A DNA stretch of 64,000 nt from Candidatus Staskawiczbacteria bacterium (GCA_963761865.1 CAVXIE010000003.1:127960-191959), one strand, 5' to 3'; shown: positions 9,275 to 18,333, numbered from the stretch's first letter. Made by a program: numbers and translations. The notes: generated from the letters alone by a model not told the origin.

Positions 9275-10705
9275 ATGGCAAAAAAATTTTATATAACTAC
9301 AACTCTTCCTTATGTGAACGCCGATCCGCATATCGGTTTTGCGCTGGAAATAGTTCAGGCGGATGTTATCGCCAGACACAAACGACAGATGGGGTTTGAA
9401 GTTTTTTTTAATACCGGAGTTGATGAACACGGGCTGAAAATTTTTAGGAAAGCTAAAGAAAGCAATATGGACCCGAAGGAGTATTGTGATATGTTCGCAG
9501 TAAAGTTCAATGATTTAAAAAATAAGCTTAATTTAACATATAATAATTTTATCAGAACAACGGATGAACACCACATAAAGGCTGCGCAAGATTTTTGGGA
9601 GCTTTGCCAAAAAAACGGGGATATTTATAAGAAAAATTATAAAATAAAATACTGCGTCGGCTGCGAGCTGGAAAAAACTGAATCGGAATTGAAAGACGGC
9701 AAATGCCCGATTCACCCAAACCTGGAATTGGAAATTATTGAGGAGGAAAACTATTTTTTCAAATATTCCGCATATCAGGAAAAGCTGTTAGATTTTTACA
9801 AAAAAAATCCTGAATTTGTACTGCCTACATCACGGCAAAATGAGATAGTCGAATTTACCAAACGCGGGTTGGAAGATTTCAGTATTTCAAGGTTAAAAGA
9901 AAAAATGCCGTGGGGAGTTGCTGTTCCAGGGGACGATAAACACGTAATGTACGTTTGGTTTGACGCGTTGGTAAACTATATTTCCTGTTTGGGCTGGCCG
10001 GAAGATAGCAGACAATTTTACAAATTTTGGCCCGGTATGCAAGTTGCAGGGAAAGACAATCTTCGCCAGCAATCCAGTATGTGGCAGGCAATGTTGATGT
10101 CGGCAAAACTTCCCAATTCAAAACAGATTTTTATTCATGGTTTTATAACCGTTAACGGACAAAAGATGTCCAAAAGTTTGGGTAATGTGGTAAACCCTTT
10201 TGACTTGGTGGAAAAATACGGAACTGATGCTGTAAGATATTATTTGTTGAGAGAAATTTCACCTACAGAAGACGGTGATTTTACTTATGAAAAATTTGAG
10301 CAAAGATATAATAGTGATTTGGCTGGTGGAGTTGGTAATTTAGTGGCCAGGGTTTTGGGAATTGCCAAATCTGAAATCCAAATCTCAAAATCCAAAATCC
10401 AAAATGAAAATTTAAAATTAAAAATAAAAGAAACTAAAAAGAACTATGAGTTAGCGATTGAAAGCTTTAAGTTTAATGAAGCGCTGATTTCTGTTTGGGA
10501 AATTATAAGTTTTTGTGATAGGTATATAAATGAAGAAAAGCTTTGGGAAACAAAAAACCCAGAGGTTATAAGCGACTTACTTTTTGCCATAAAAGAAATT
10601 AGCGACCTGCTTTTGCCGTTTATGCCGGAAACTTCAGAAAAAATTAAAGAGGCGATTGAAGTCAAAAAATCTGAGCCATTATTCCCAAGAGTGTTGACGC
10701 AATAG
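9275..10705 (+). CDS. metG: Methionine--tRNA ligase
   Basis: HIGH-type motif (LPYVNADPHIGFALE), KMSKS motif (QKMSKSLGN) and a Cys knuckle (CVGCE...CPIH). Confidence 0.93.
   Translation: MAKKFYITTTLPYVNADPHIGFALEIVQADVIARHKRQMGFEVFFNTGVDEHGLKIFRKAKESNMDPKEYCDMFAVKFNDLKNKLNLTYNNFIRTTDEHHIKAAQDFWELCQKNGDIYKKNYKIKYCVGCELEKTESELKDGKCPIHPNLELEIIEEENYFFKYSAYQEKLLDFYKKNPEFVLPTSRQNEIVEFTKRGLEDFSISRLKEKMPWGVAVPGDDKHVMYVWFDALVNYISCLGWPEDSRQFYKFWPGMQVAGKDNLRQQSSMWQAMLMSAKLPNSKQIFIHGFITVNGQKMSKSLGNVVNPFDLVEKYGTDAVRYYLLREISPTEDGDFTYEKFEQRYNSDLAGGVGNLVARVLGIAKSEIQISKSKIQNENLKLKIKETKKNYELAIESFKFNEALISVWEIISFCDRYINEEKLWETKNPEVISDLLFAIKEISDLLLPFMPETSEKIKEAIEVKKSEPLFPRVLTQ
10367..10429 (+). repeat. Nine consecutive A-rich heptanucleotide units inside the metG coding sequence (63 nt = 21 codons)
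   Basis: The units read aaatctg/aaatcca/aatctca/aaatcca/aaatcca/aaatgaa/aatttaa/aattaaa/aataaaa. They encode the low-complexity peptide KSEIQISKSKIQNENLKLKIK in a variable linker of MetRS. Confidence 0.7.
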
Positions 10706-10721
10706 GAATATCTGCTATAAT
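10694..10721 (+). promoter_or_regulatory. Sigma70-like promoter for csrA (TTGACG-16-TGcTATAAT)
   Basis: The -35 TTGACG at 10694-10699 lies in the last codons of metG. The extended -10 is tgcTATAAT, with TATAAT at 10716-10721. The downstream leader has three GGA motifs (10751, 10761, 10789), the last within the SD. Confidence 0.5.
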
Positions 10722-10796
10722 ATAAATAGCACACTTCTTTCTTGAGCACTGGAGGTTCAAGGAGTTATTTCACACCTTCTATTTGAGAGGATTAAC

Positions 10797-11003
10797 ATGT
10801 TAGTATTGAGCCGCAAGAAAAACGAAAGTATTGTCATTAATAATGACATCATTGTGACTGTGGTGGAGATCCGTGGCGATAAAGTTCGCCTTGGAATCAT
10901 CGCTCCCAAGGAAGTGCCTGTGCACCGACAGGAAGTATTTGAAGCCATCCATGGCAAGCCCGGTGCCGAACCGGCGCCGTCGACCATTGCCAAATCGGCA
11001 TAA
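10797..11003 (+). CDS. csrA: Carbon storage regulator CsrA (RNA-binding translational regulator)
   Basis: MLVLSRKKNESIVINNDIIVTVVEIRGDKVRLGIIAPKEVPVHRQEVF aligns by eye along its whole length with E. coli CsrA ([48 protein letters not shown]). SD is gagagg, 6 nt upstream. The DNA is locally G+C-rich. Confidence 0.9.
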   Translation: MLVLSRKKNESIVINNDIIVTVVEIRGDKVRLGIIAPKEVPVHRQEVFEAIHGKPGAEPAPSTIAKSA

Positions 11004-11023
11004 TGTGAGCCACGTTGGCTCGC

Positions 11024-11054
11024 GCGCAGCGATTCGTCGCTGCGCTGTTTTTTT
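11024..11054 (+). terminator. Intrinsic terminator after csrA
   Basis: Perfect 9-bp GC stem gcgcagcga/tcgctgcgc with a 3-nt loop, followed by tgttttttt. It is preceded by a second small hairpin, gagcca..tggctc. Confidence 0.8.
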
Positions 11055-11162
11055 AGAAATAGAGTATAATTAAATAATGTACTTCATGATTTCAAGCCCC
11101 AAGGAATATTATGTATCAGGCTTTCATTGCGAAGTGATTCATTCGCTTTACTTATAAATCAT

Positions 11163-11984
11163 ATGATTATAGACACCCATTCACATCTACAATTTAAGGC
11201 GTTTGAAAAAGATTCAGATGAAGTGATAAAAAAGACTTTGTCTGATAATATTTGGATGATAAATGTGGGTACAAAATTTGAAACCAGCCGAAATGCCGTT
11301 GAAGTTGCCCAAAACTATCAGGAAGGAGTTTTTGCGGCAATAGGCCTTCACCCTATTTATGCCGGAGCTGAATTTATGAAAGTAAGAACCGATCCCGACG
11401 AAGGAGAATTTTTGATTAAAGAACAAGATTTTAATAAAGAAAAATATATAGCATTGGCGCAGTCAAAAAAGGTGGTGGCAGTTGGTGAGATTGGGTTGGA
11501 CTATTATTACAAACCCAAAACCACGGCAAAGCTGGCGCAATTTAAAGAAAAGCAAAAGCAGGTATTTATTCAACAGCTGGATATGGCAAGGGAATTACAT
11601 TTACCGGTGATTCTGCATTGCCGAATGGCACACGATGAAATAATTGAAATTTTGCAAAGCCGAAAAGAAAATAATGGCACAATTCATTGTTTCACAGGAA
11701 CTTGGGAACAGGCGAAAAAGTATATGGATATGGGTTTTTATTTGGGCATTAATGGAATAGTTTTTAAATTTAATATTGATGAAGTTATAAAACAGGCTCC
11801 GTTTGATAAGTTACTGATTGAAACAGATTGTCCTTATTTAACTCCGCCAATGGCGCCGGATAAAAGAAATGAGCCGATTTTTACAACATACACCATTCAA
11901 AAAATTGCTGGCTTAAAGGGAATCAGTTTTGATGAAGTTTGCCAGAAAACCACCGAAAACGCCAGAAAGTTATTTAACATTTAA
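11163..11984 (+). CDS. TatD family metal-dependent hydrolase (DNase)
   Basis: MIIDTHSHL start motif, GEIGLDYYY, LPVILHCR and ETDCPYL. The ATG at 11163 is preferred over the TTG at 11127. Confidence 0.85.
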   Translation: MIIDTHSHLQFKAFEKDSDEVIKKTLSDNIWMINVGTKFETSRNAVEVAQNYQEGVFAAIGLHPIYAGAEFMKVRTDPDEGEFLIKEQDFNKEKYIALAQSKKVVAVGEIGLDYYYKPKTTAKLAQFKEKQKQVFIQQLDMARELHLPVILHCRMAHDEIIEILQSRKENNGTIHCFTGTWEQAKKYMDMGFYLGINGIVFKFNIDEVIKQAPFDKLLIETDCPYLTPPMAPDKRNEPIFTTYTIQKIAGLKGISFDEVCQKTTENARKLFNI

Positions 11985-12004
11985 TCATTTGACATATTTT
12001 AAAA

Positions 12005-12026
12005 GCGGTACGATACCGCTTTTTTT
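12005..12026 (+). terminator. Intrinsic terminator after the tatD-like gene
   Basis: gcggta-cg-ataccgc followed by a T7 run. Confidence 0.7.
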
Positions 12027-12056
12027 ATTGTTGGAATGTGTTATTATTATAAAAAT

Positions 12057-14510
12057 ATGAAAAAGTATAATCCTCATAAAATTGAGAAGAAATGGCAGGC
12101 AAAGTGGTATAAATCCAATGTTTTTAAAGCTAAAGACGATGCAAAATCACCCAAATTTTATGTTTTAGTTGAGTTTCCTTACCCGTCCGGAGATGGGTTG
12201 CACGTCGGGCATTGCCGAAGCTATACTGCTTTAGATATTGTTGCCAGAAAAAAAAGAATGCAGGGACAGAATGTGTTATTCCCGATGGGCTGGGACGCGT
12301 TTGGATTGCCGACTGAAAACTATGCTATCAAAAAAGGAATTCAACCGGCGGTTGCTACAAAAAAGAACGTAGACAATTTTAAAAAACAAATGAAAAATTT
12401 GGGTTTTTCATTTGACTGGTCAAGAGAGATAAACACAACAGATCCGAAATACTATAAATGGACGCAATGGATTTTCATTAAATTATTTGAAAATGGTTTG
12501 GCCTATAAAGCCAAGATGGCGATTAACTGGTGTCCAAGTTGCAAGATTGGTTTGGCAAACGAAGAAGTGATTGATGGAAAATGTGAACGGTGCGGCACTC
12601 CGGTTGAAAAGAGGGAAAAAGAGCAGTGGATGATTAAAATCACAAAATATGCCGAACGTCTAATTGAAGATTTGAGCATGGTCAATTATCCGGAGCGCGT
12701 AAAAATCCAGCAAAAAGAATGGATAGGAAGATCTGAAGGGGCTTTGGTAAAATTTCCATTGGAAGGCGCCGAGGATCCAATTGAGGTTTTTACCACAAGA
12801 ATAGATACAATATTTTCAGGAACATTTTTGATATTGGCGCCCGGACACATTTTTATAGATAGATATAAAAACAAGATAGAAAATTATGAGGAAGTTTTGG
12901 AGTATAGAAAACGGTCAAAAAATGTTTCTGATATCAACAGGGCGAAAGAAGGAAGAGAATTAACCGGCGTTGAACTGAAGGGAATTTTAGTCAGAAACCC
13001 TGCAACGGGAGAAGAAATTCCGGTGTGGGTTGCTGATTTTGTGCTGGAACAATATGGAACCGGCGCAGTATTCGCCGATGCCCACGACAAAAGAGACTTT
13101 GCTTTGGCAAAAAAATATGGGATTCCGTTGAGAACTTCCGTTATGCCGGCGGACGAAATCTTGGCGCATAAAGTAAAAAATCTGGAAGAGTGTTTTGAAA
13201 ATGACGGAGTGTTGTATAACTCTTTGCAATTTGACGGATTGACCTCAAATCAGGCGCGCCCTCTGATTATTAAATGGTTAAGTGAAAAAGGATACGCTCA
13301 AAGCAAAATAAGCTATAAACTAAGAGACTGGATTTTTTCACGACAGCATTACTGGGGCGAACCGATTCCAATGATTTACTGCGAAAACTGCGCCAATTTA
13401 GGCAGGCAGGGGTGGCAGGCGGTACCTCAAGAGAATCTGCCCATTAAACTGCCAAAAGTAAAAAAGTATCAGCCGACTGATACAGGCGAGTCTCCGTTGT
13501 CGGCAATGACGAAATGGGTGAATATAAAATGTCCGAAGTGCGGCAAAGTTGCCAGAAGAGAAACTGATACCATGCCAAATTGGGCTGGTTCAAATTGGTA
13601 TTATTTAAGGTACACTGATCCAAAAAACAGTAAAAAAATGGCTGATGATAAAATTTTGAAATACTGGATGCCGGTTGATTGGTATAACGGCGGCATGGAG
13701 CATACAACTCTGCATTTATTATACTCAAGATTTATTTTTAAATTTTTGTGGGATATCGGGGCGGTCCCAAAAGCTATTGGAAGTGAGCCGTATAAAAAAA
13801 GAACTTCGCACGGAATTATTCTGGGAGAAGGCGGAATTAAAATGTCAAAGTCAAAGGGAAACGTAGTAAACCCTGACGATGTGGTAAGGCAATATGGCGC
13901 CGATTCCTTGAGGATCTACGAAATGTTTATGGGTCCGTTTGAACAAATGATTCCGTGGGACGCAAAAGGAATTATCGGCTCAAGAAGATTTCTGGAAAAA
14001 ATTTATATTTTAGCTCAGGGAAAATCTGATGCAAAAATCAGCGACATCGGATTGAAAACTTTATTAAATAAAACAGTCAAAAAAATATCAGAAGATATTG
14101 ATCTGATGAAATTTAACACATCAATAAGCGCGCTGATGGAATTTGCCAATGCGTGGAATTCATCTGAGGCTGGACTGGATAAAAGAGATACCCAAAAATT
14201 CTTAACGATATTGTCTCCATTCGCCCCGCATTTGGCGGAAGAACTATGGAGCGTTTTGAAATATAAAAAGCTATGCAGTCAGCAAGATTGGCCTTCAGTT
14301 GATGAAAGTTTAATAAAAGAAGAAAAAGTATTAATGATCGTTTCTATTAACGGAAAAGTCAGAGATAAAATTGAGGTTAAAAGCGGTTTGAGTCAAAAAC
14401 AAGCGGAACAATTAGTGCTGGAAAGTGAAAAAGTAAAAGCCTGGATTGACGGCAAGGAAATAAAAAAAATCATTTTTGTGCCTGACAAATTAATAAATAT
14501 CGTTATATAG
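12057..14510 (+). CDS. leuS: Leucine--tRNA ligase
   Basis: MKKYNPHKIEKKWQAKW N-terminus, HIGH-type PYPSGDGLHVGH and KMSKS (IKMSKSKGN). ATG at 12057 is preferred; the track start at 12036 adds MCYYYKN. Confidence 0.93.
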   Translation: MKKYNPHKIEKKWQAKWYKSNVFKAKDDAKSPKFYVLVEFPYPSGDGLHVGHCRSYTALDIVARKKRMQGQNVLFPMGWDAFGLPTENYAIKKGIQPAVATKKNVDNFKKQMKNLGFSFDWSREINTTDPKYYKWTQWIFIKLFENGLAYKAKMAINWCPSCKIGLANEEVIDGKCERCGTPVEKREKEQWMIKITKYAERLIEDLSMVNYPERVKIQQKEWIGRSEGALVKFPLEGAEDPIEVFTTRIDTIFSGTFLILAPGHIFIDRYKNKIENYEEVLEYRKRSKNVSDINRAKEGRELTGVELKGILVRNPATGEEIPVWVADFVLEQYGTGAVFADAHDKRDFALAKKYGIPLRTSVMPADEILAHKVKNLEECFENDGVLYNSLQFDGLTSNQARPLIIKWLSEKGYAQSKISYKLRDWIFSRQHYWGEPIPMIYCENCANLGRQGWQAVPQENLPIKLPKVKKYQPTDTGESPLSAMTKWVNIKCPKCGKVARRETDTMPNWAGSNWYYLRYTDPKNSKKMADDKILKYWMPVDWYNGGMEHTTLHLLYSRFIFKFLWDIGAVPKAIGSEPYKKRTSHGIILGEGGIKMSKSKGNVVNPDDVVRQYGADSLRIYEMFMGPFEQMIPWDAKGIIGSRRFLEKIYILAQGKSDAKISDIGLKTLLNKTVKKISEDIDLMKFNTSISALMEFANAWNSSEAGLDKRDTQKFLTILSPFAPHLAEELWSVLKYKKLCSQQDWPSVDESLIKEEKVLMIVSINGKVRDKIEVKSGLSQKQAEQLVLESEKVKAWIDGKEIKKIIFVPDKLINIVI

Positions 14511-14590
14511 AAATTGCTTCGCAATTTATATATTTAATCAATCGGTTCGCATAGAAAAATGTGTTTTTCTATGCTTCCTCTTTCATAAAT

Positions 14591-15355
14591 ATGATTAAAA
14601 AGGTTGTGATAATGGCTGCCGGGCAAGGTACTCGTATGCTTGAGCTTACGAAAGACAGGCCAAAGCATATGATAGAAGTTCAAAATAAGCCATTTTTATT
14701 TTATCTTTTGGATAATCTGTTTTCAGCTGGATACAATGATATTATTCTGGTTTTAGGTTTTAAGGCGGAGCTGGTAGAATCTTTTGTAAAAAATTATACA
14801 CCTCCTTCAGCTGGCAATTTTAAAATAGAATTCAAAGACCAATATAAAATATTAGGGCCTAAAGAAAAAGAATATGGAACTGCTTGTCCACTGAAATGTG
14901 TTAAGGGTTTAGTGAACGGCAATTTTTTGTATTTGAATGGTGATAATCTTTATTCTGTGGACGATTTAAAATCAATGAATATAGATGACGATTTTTGTTA
15001 CATAGCAGGGTTAGAACACAATTATCCTGAAAAATATGGAGTTTTGATTGAAGACAGAGGGGATTTTCTGGAAAAGATTATTGAGAAGCCGAAACAATTT
15101 GAAGGAAATTTAATAAACGTGGGATTGTATAAATTTACTCCTGCAGTTTTTGAAAAACTTCCTTTAGTCCAAAAATCTCCAAGGGGTGAATACGAGATTA
15201 CAGATGTTCTTTCTATGTTGGCGAAAGAAAAAAAAGTAAAAATTAAAAAAATAAAAGATTTTTGGATGGATTTTGGCAAACCGGAAGATGTTCAAAAATT
15301 TAGTGAATTTATAAAAAATGGAAGTTCTCAAAAAGTCGTCCGGGGCAATCAATAA
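14591..15355 (+). CDS. Sugar-phosphate nucleotidyltransferase (NTP_transferase family)
   Basis: N-terminal MIKKVVIMAAGQGTRM...DRPKHM is the G-x-G-T-R signature of glucose-1-P thymidylyl/uridylyltransferase-like enzymes. The start was trimmed from the GTG at 14561. Confidence 0.75.
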   Translation: MIKKVVIMAAGQGTRMLELTKDRPKHMIEVQNKPFLFYLLDNLFSAGYNDIILVLGFKAELVESFVKNYTPPSAGNFKIEFKDQYKILGPKEKEYGTACPLKCVKGLVNGNFLYLNGDNLYSVDDLKSMNIDDDFCYIAGLEHNYPEKYGVLIEDRGDFLEKIIEKPKQFEGNLINVGLYKFTPAVFEKLPLVQKSPRGEYEITDVLSMLAKEKKVKIKKIKDFWMDFGKPEDVQKFSEFIKNGSSQKVVRGNQ

Positions 15356-15908
15356 GGCGGCGGCGGTATTAAAAAACGGCGGCGTTGTGATTTGTCCTAC
15401 GGATACCGTATATGGATTTTTGGCGGATGCCACAAATAAAAAAGCCGTAGAAAAAATTTATAAAATAAAACGCAGGCCAAAGTTAAAACCTTTGCCTGTT
15501 TTTGTCAGTAATGTAACAATGGCAAAAGAGCTGGCGGAAATTAATGAACAGCAAACAAAAACTGCGCGAAAGTTTTGGCCCGGCAAATTTACATTTATTT
15601 TAAAGGTTCAAAAAAATATAGACCTCGGGGGTCTATCTAGCTTGGTGGAGGGGAGAGATGGGACAATCGCTCTTCGAATTCCAAAGTATAAATTTTTGAA
15701 CAGTTTGCTTAAAAAAATAAACAGGCCGTTGGCGCAAACGTCGGTTAATATATCAAACAATCCGTCGCTGACAAACATAGAAGATATTATCAATCAATTC
15801 GGCAAAAATAAACTGGTGGATTTAATTATCGATGGCGGAAATCTGAAAAAATCTCAGCCCTCAAAAATAATCGATTTAACTTCAAAACACTTGACAAGGT
15901 TAAGATAA
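15318..15908 (+). CDS. tsaC: L-threonylcarbamoyladenylate synthase (TsaC/YrdC/Sua5 family, single domain)
   Basis: VICPTDTVYGFLADATN, the RIP..K.L region and SVNISN are family hallmarks. Overlaps the upstream gene by 38 nt. Confidence 0.8.
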   Translation: MEVLKKSSGAINKAAAVLKNGGVVICPTDTVYGFLADATNKKAVEKIYKIKRRPKLKPLPVFVSNVTMAKELAEINEQQTKTARKFWPGKFTFILKVQKNIDLGGLSSLVEGRDGTIALRIPKYKFLNSLLKKINRPLAQTSVNISNNPSLTNIEDIINQFGKNKLVDLIIDGGNLKKSQPSKIIDLTSKHLTRLR

Positions 15909-15965
15909 TATAGTAAGAACAAGCTAAGCCGTAATTTCGCGGCGTGTTCTTTTAGGAGAAACAGC

Positions 15966-16430
15966 ATGGAGAAAAAGCTCTACAAAAACTGGTCTGAGAT
16001 CTGCAAGCTTGGTGATCATCTTCTGATTATCTTGTTGGCTACTTTGGACATGGCCAGTGAATACGCTGATCGTCTTGTGTTTGCTTTTCCGGAATGCTTT
16101 TCGGAGAAGCAGCAAAGCGGTCCGTATCCGATGTCGTACATTCGGAAACTTGCCCTGAAAAAAGGTGGCGGTAAAAATAGTGCCGATTTTCCACAGTCGT
16201 ACGATATTGATTCTCAACTGAAAATGCCGTGCGTTCTACTCGCCTACGACGAGGAGTCGCTGGCGGAATATCCTGATCTGCTCGAGCTACGACCCGATAA
16301 TATCAGTATGAATGTATCACAAGGAGATGTTGTCGAGTACGAAGGACGAAAGATGGTGGTTCTTGAAAATAACGAGAGCTGCCGAGAAATTGCTCTCGTT
16401 CCTGCTGAGCTGGTTGATGTGAATATCTGA
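15966..16430 (+). CDS. Hypothetical protein (154 aa) in a G+C-rich mini-cassette
   Basis: Long ORF with a strong SD (ttaggagaaacagcATG) and a strong terminator. I recognised no family. Composition differs visibly from the flanks. Confidence 0.55.
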   Translation: MEKKLYKNWSEICKLGDHLLIILLATLDMASEYADRLVFAFPECFSEKQQSGPYPMSYIRKLALKKGGGKNSADFPQSYDIDSQLKMPCVLLAYDEESLAEYPDLLELRPDNISMNVSQGDVVEYEGRKMVVLENNESCREIALVPAELVDVNI

Positions 16431-16438
16431 AAATCGTT

Positions 16439-16483
16439 AGAACCCCTTCACTTCGGTGAAAGCGTCAAGGGTTCTTTTTTTTT
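16439..16483 (+). terminator. Intrinsic terminator after the 154-aa ORF
   Basis: agaacccctt..(tcac-ttcg-gtga)..aagggttct followed by a T9 run. Confidence 0.75.
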
Positions 16484-16506
16484 GCAATAAAGTGGCATAT
16501 AATAAT

Positions 16507-16555
16507 CTAAACTCTTAAATCCTAAATCCTAAATCCTAAATCTTAAATCAAAATG
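16507..16555 (+). repeat. Seven tandem heptanucleotides (CCTAAAT core) forming the glyA leader
   Basis: The units read ctaaact/cttaaat/cctaaat/cctaaat/cctaaat/cttaaat/caaaatg and end 2 nt before the glyA ATG. A TATAAT lies at 16497-16502 just upstream. Confidence 0.85.
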
Positions 16556-16557
16556 CT

Positions 16558-17802
16558 ATGAAACTTAAACAAAAAGATCCGCAAATTGCAAAGTTGATTG
16601 ATTTGGAAACTGAACGGCAAAAAACCACACTGCAGATGATTGCTTCTGAAAATCATTGTTCACCGGCGGTGCGCGAGGCGCTTGGTTCTATTCTAACCGA
16701 CAAATATGCTGAAGGTTACCCGGGAAAACGTTATTACGGCGGAAACCAATTTATAGATATGGTGGAAAGTTTGTGCCAGGAGCGGGCTAAAAAATTATTC
16801 AAAGTGGAACACGTCAATGTTCAGCCACATTCAGGATCTCCTGCTAATGCCGCGGTGTATATTGCCACTTGCAGTCCGGGAGACGCGGTTACGGGATTGG
16901 CGCTGGATATGGGCGGGCATTTAACCCACGGAACCAAAGTAAGTTTTGGCGGAAAGTTTTTTAAGTCAGTGCAATATGGCGTAGATGAAACAACACATTT
17001 GCTTAACTATGATGATATTGAAACACTTGTTAAAGAACATAAACCAAAATTAATGTGGGTGGGGGCTACGGCTTATCCAAGATTTTTTGACTGGGAAAGA
17101 TTGGGGAAGATTGCAGACTCCGTTGGAGCATATTTAGCTGCCGATATTGCCCATATTGCCGGTTTGATTGCCGGAGGCGTTCATCCGAGCCCGGTGCCGT
17201 ATGTGCATATTGTTACCACAACAACGCACAAAACCTTGCGCGGGCCAAGAGGCGGAATGATTATGATAACCAAAAAAGGAATTGAAAAAGACCCGGAGTT
17301 GCCTAAAAAAATTGATAAAGCGGTGTTTCCCGGACTTCAGGGCGGACCGCATGAAAACGCCATTGCCGCTATTGCCGTTTGCCTAAAAGAGGCATCGGCT
17401 CCGGCATTTAAAACTTACGCCAAGCAAGTTGTAAAAAATGCAAAAATATTGGCGGAAGAACTGAAAAAATATGGATTTACATTATTAAGCGGAGGCACAG
17501 ATAATCACTTAATTTTGGTTGATTTAAGAAATAAAAATATTACCGGGGCGCAAGCTCAGGATTTGTTAGAAAGCGCGGGGATTAGCACTAATAGAAACTC
17601 CATTCCGTTTGACCCGACCGGTCCGTTTAAACCCTCGGGAATTAGGATAGGCACTGCGGCAACCACCACCAGAGGAATGAAAGAAAGTGAAATGAAAAAA
17701 ATTGCCGGCTGGATAAATGAGGCTGTTTCAAATCCGGCGGGCGCCAAAAAAATCAGGGAAGAAATTAAAAAAATGTGCAAAAAATTTCCACTTCCAAAAT
17801 GA
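16558..17802 (+). CDS. glyA: Serine hydroxymethyltransferase
   Basis: LQMIASENHCSPAVREA, YAEGYPGKRYYGG and the PLP-lysine region TTTTHKTLRGPRGG. Confidence 0.95.
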   Translation: MKLKQKDPQIAKLIDLETERQKTTLQMIASENHCSPAVREALGSILTDKYAEGYPGKRYYGGNQFIDMVESLCQERAKKLFKVEHVNVQPHSGSPANAAVYIATCSPGDAVTGLALDMGGHLTHGTKVSFGGKFFKSVQYGVDETTHLLNYDDIETLVKEHKPKLMWVGATAYPRFFDWERLGKIADSVGAYLAADIAHIAGLIAGGVHPSPVPYVHIVTTTTHKTLRGPRGGMIMITKKGIEKDPELPKKIDKAVFPGLQGGPHENAIAAIAVCLKEASAPAFKTYAKQVVKNAKILAEELKKYGFTLLSGGTDNHLILVDLRNKNITGAQAQDLLESAGISTNRNSIPFDPTGPFKPSGIRIGTAATTTRGMKESEMKKIAGWINEAVSNPAGAKKIREEIKKMCKKFPLPK

Positions 17803-18311
17803 ATTTAGATCTGTATTTATTTAACTTTATCAATGGCTACGCTAAAAAATCCAAACTTCTGGATTTTTTAGGAATCTTCTTTGCTAAATATTTGGGTTAC
17901 TTTTTGATTGTTTGGCTGTTTGTTTTTGCCTATATACAGCATAAAACAATGCAGATTTTTTTGGTGCCAATGATTGCCGGTGCCATTTCGATATTGGTCA
18001 TTAACGGCATAGTATATTTTTTTTACGTCAGAAAAAGACCCGTTGAGTTAATCCCCGATAAAATGCTAATTAGCGAACCGGTCTCTCCGGCGTTTCCATC
18101 AGACCATACATCATTTTTCCTCGCTTTGTCATTTACACTGTTTTTGTATAGTTTCCCGCTGGCGATTATTTTTACGTTATTTAGTTTGCTGATCGCAGTT
18201 TCTAGGATATTCTGCGGAGTGCATTGGCCATCCGATATCCTTGGCGGAATTTGTTCTGCGTTTGCCTCATTCGCAATCGTGTATTTGGTCAGAATAATGT
18301 TATTTGTATAG
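17799..18311 (+). CDS. PAP2 family phosphatase (undecaprenyl-diphosphate phosphatase-like)
   Basis: The three PAP2 motifs are present: KRP (YVRKRP), PSDHTS and SRIFCGVHWPSD. The start is set at the ATGA overlap with the glyA stop; the track start at 17775 is less likely. Confidence 0.75.
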   Translation: MNLDLYLFNFINGYAKKSKLLDFLGIFFAKYLGYFLIVWLFVFAYIQHKTMQIFLVPMIAGAISILVINGIVYFFYVRKRPVELIPDKMLISEPVSPAFPSDHTSFFLALSFTLFLYSFPLAIIFTLFSLLIAVSRIFCGVHWPSDILGGICSAFASFAIVYLVRIMLFV

Positions 18312-18333
18312 GTAGACAAATAAGCGATATATT

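Noticed and set aside
10757-11073. ORFs 10757..10993 (minus strand) and 10873..11073 (plus strand) overlapping csrA
   Set aside because: They are by-products of the low stop-codon density in this G+C-rich segment. The csrA frame has unambiguous full-length homology.
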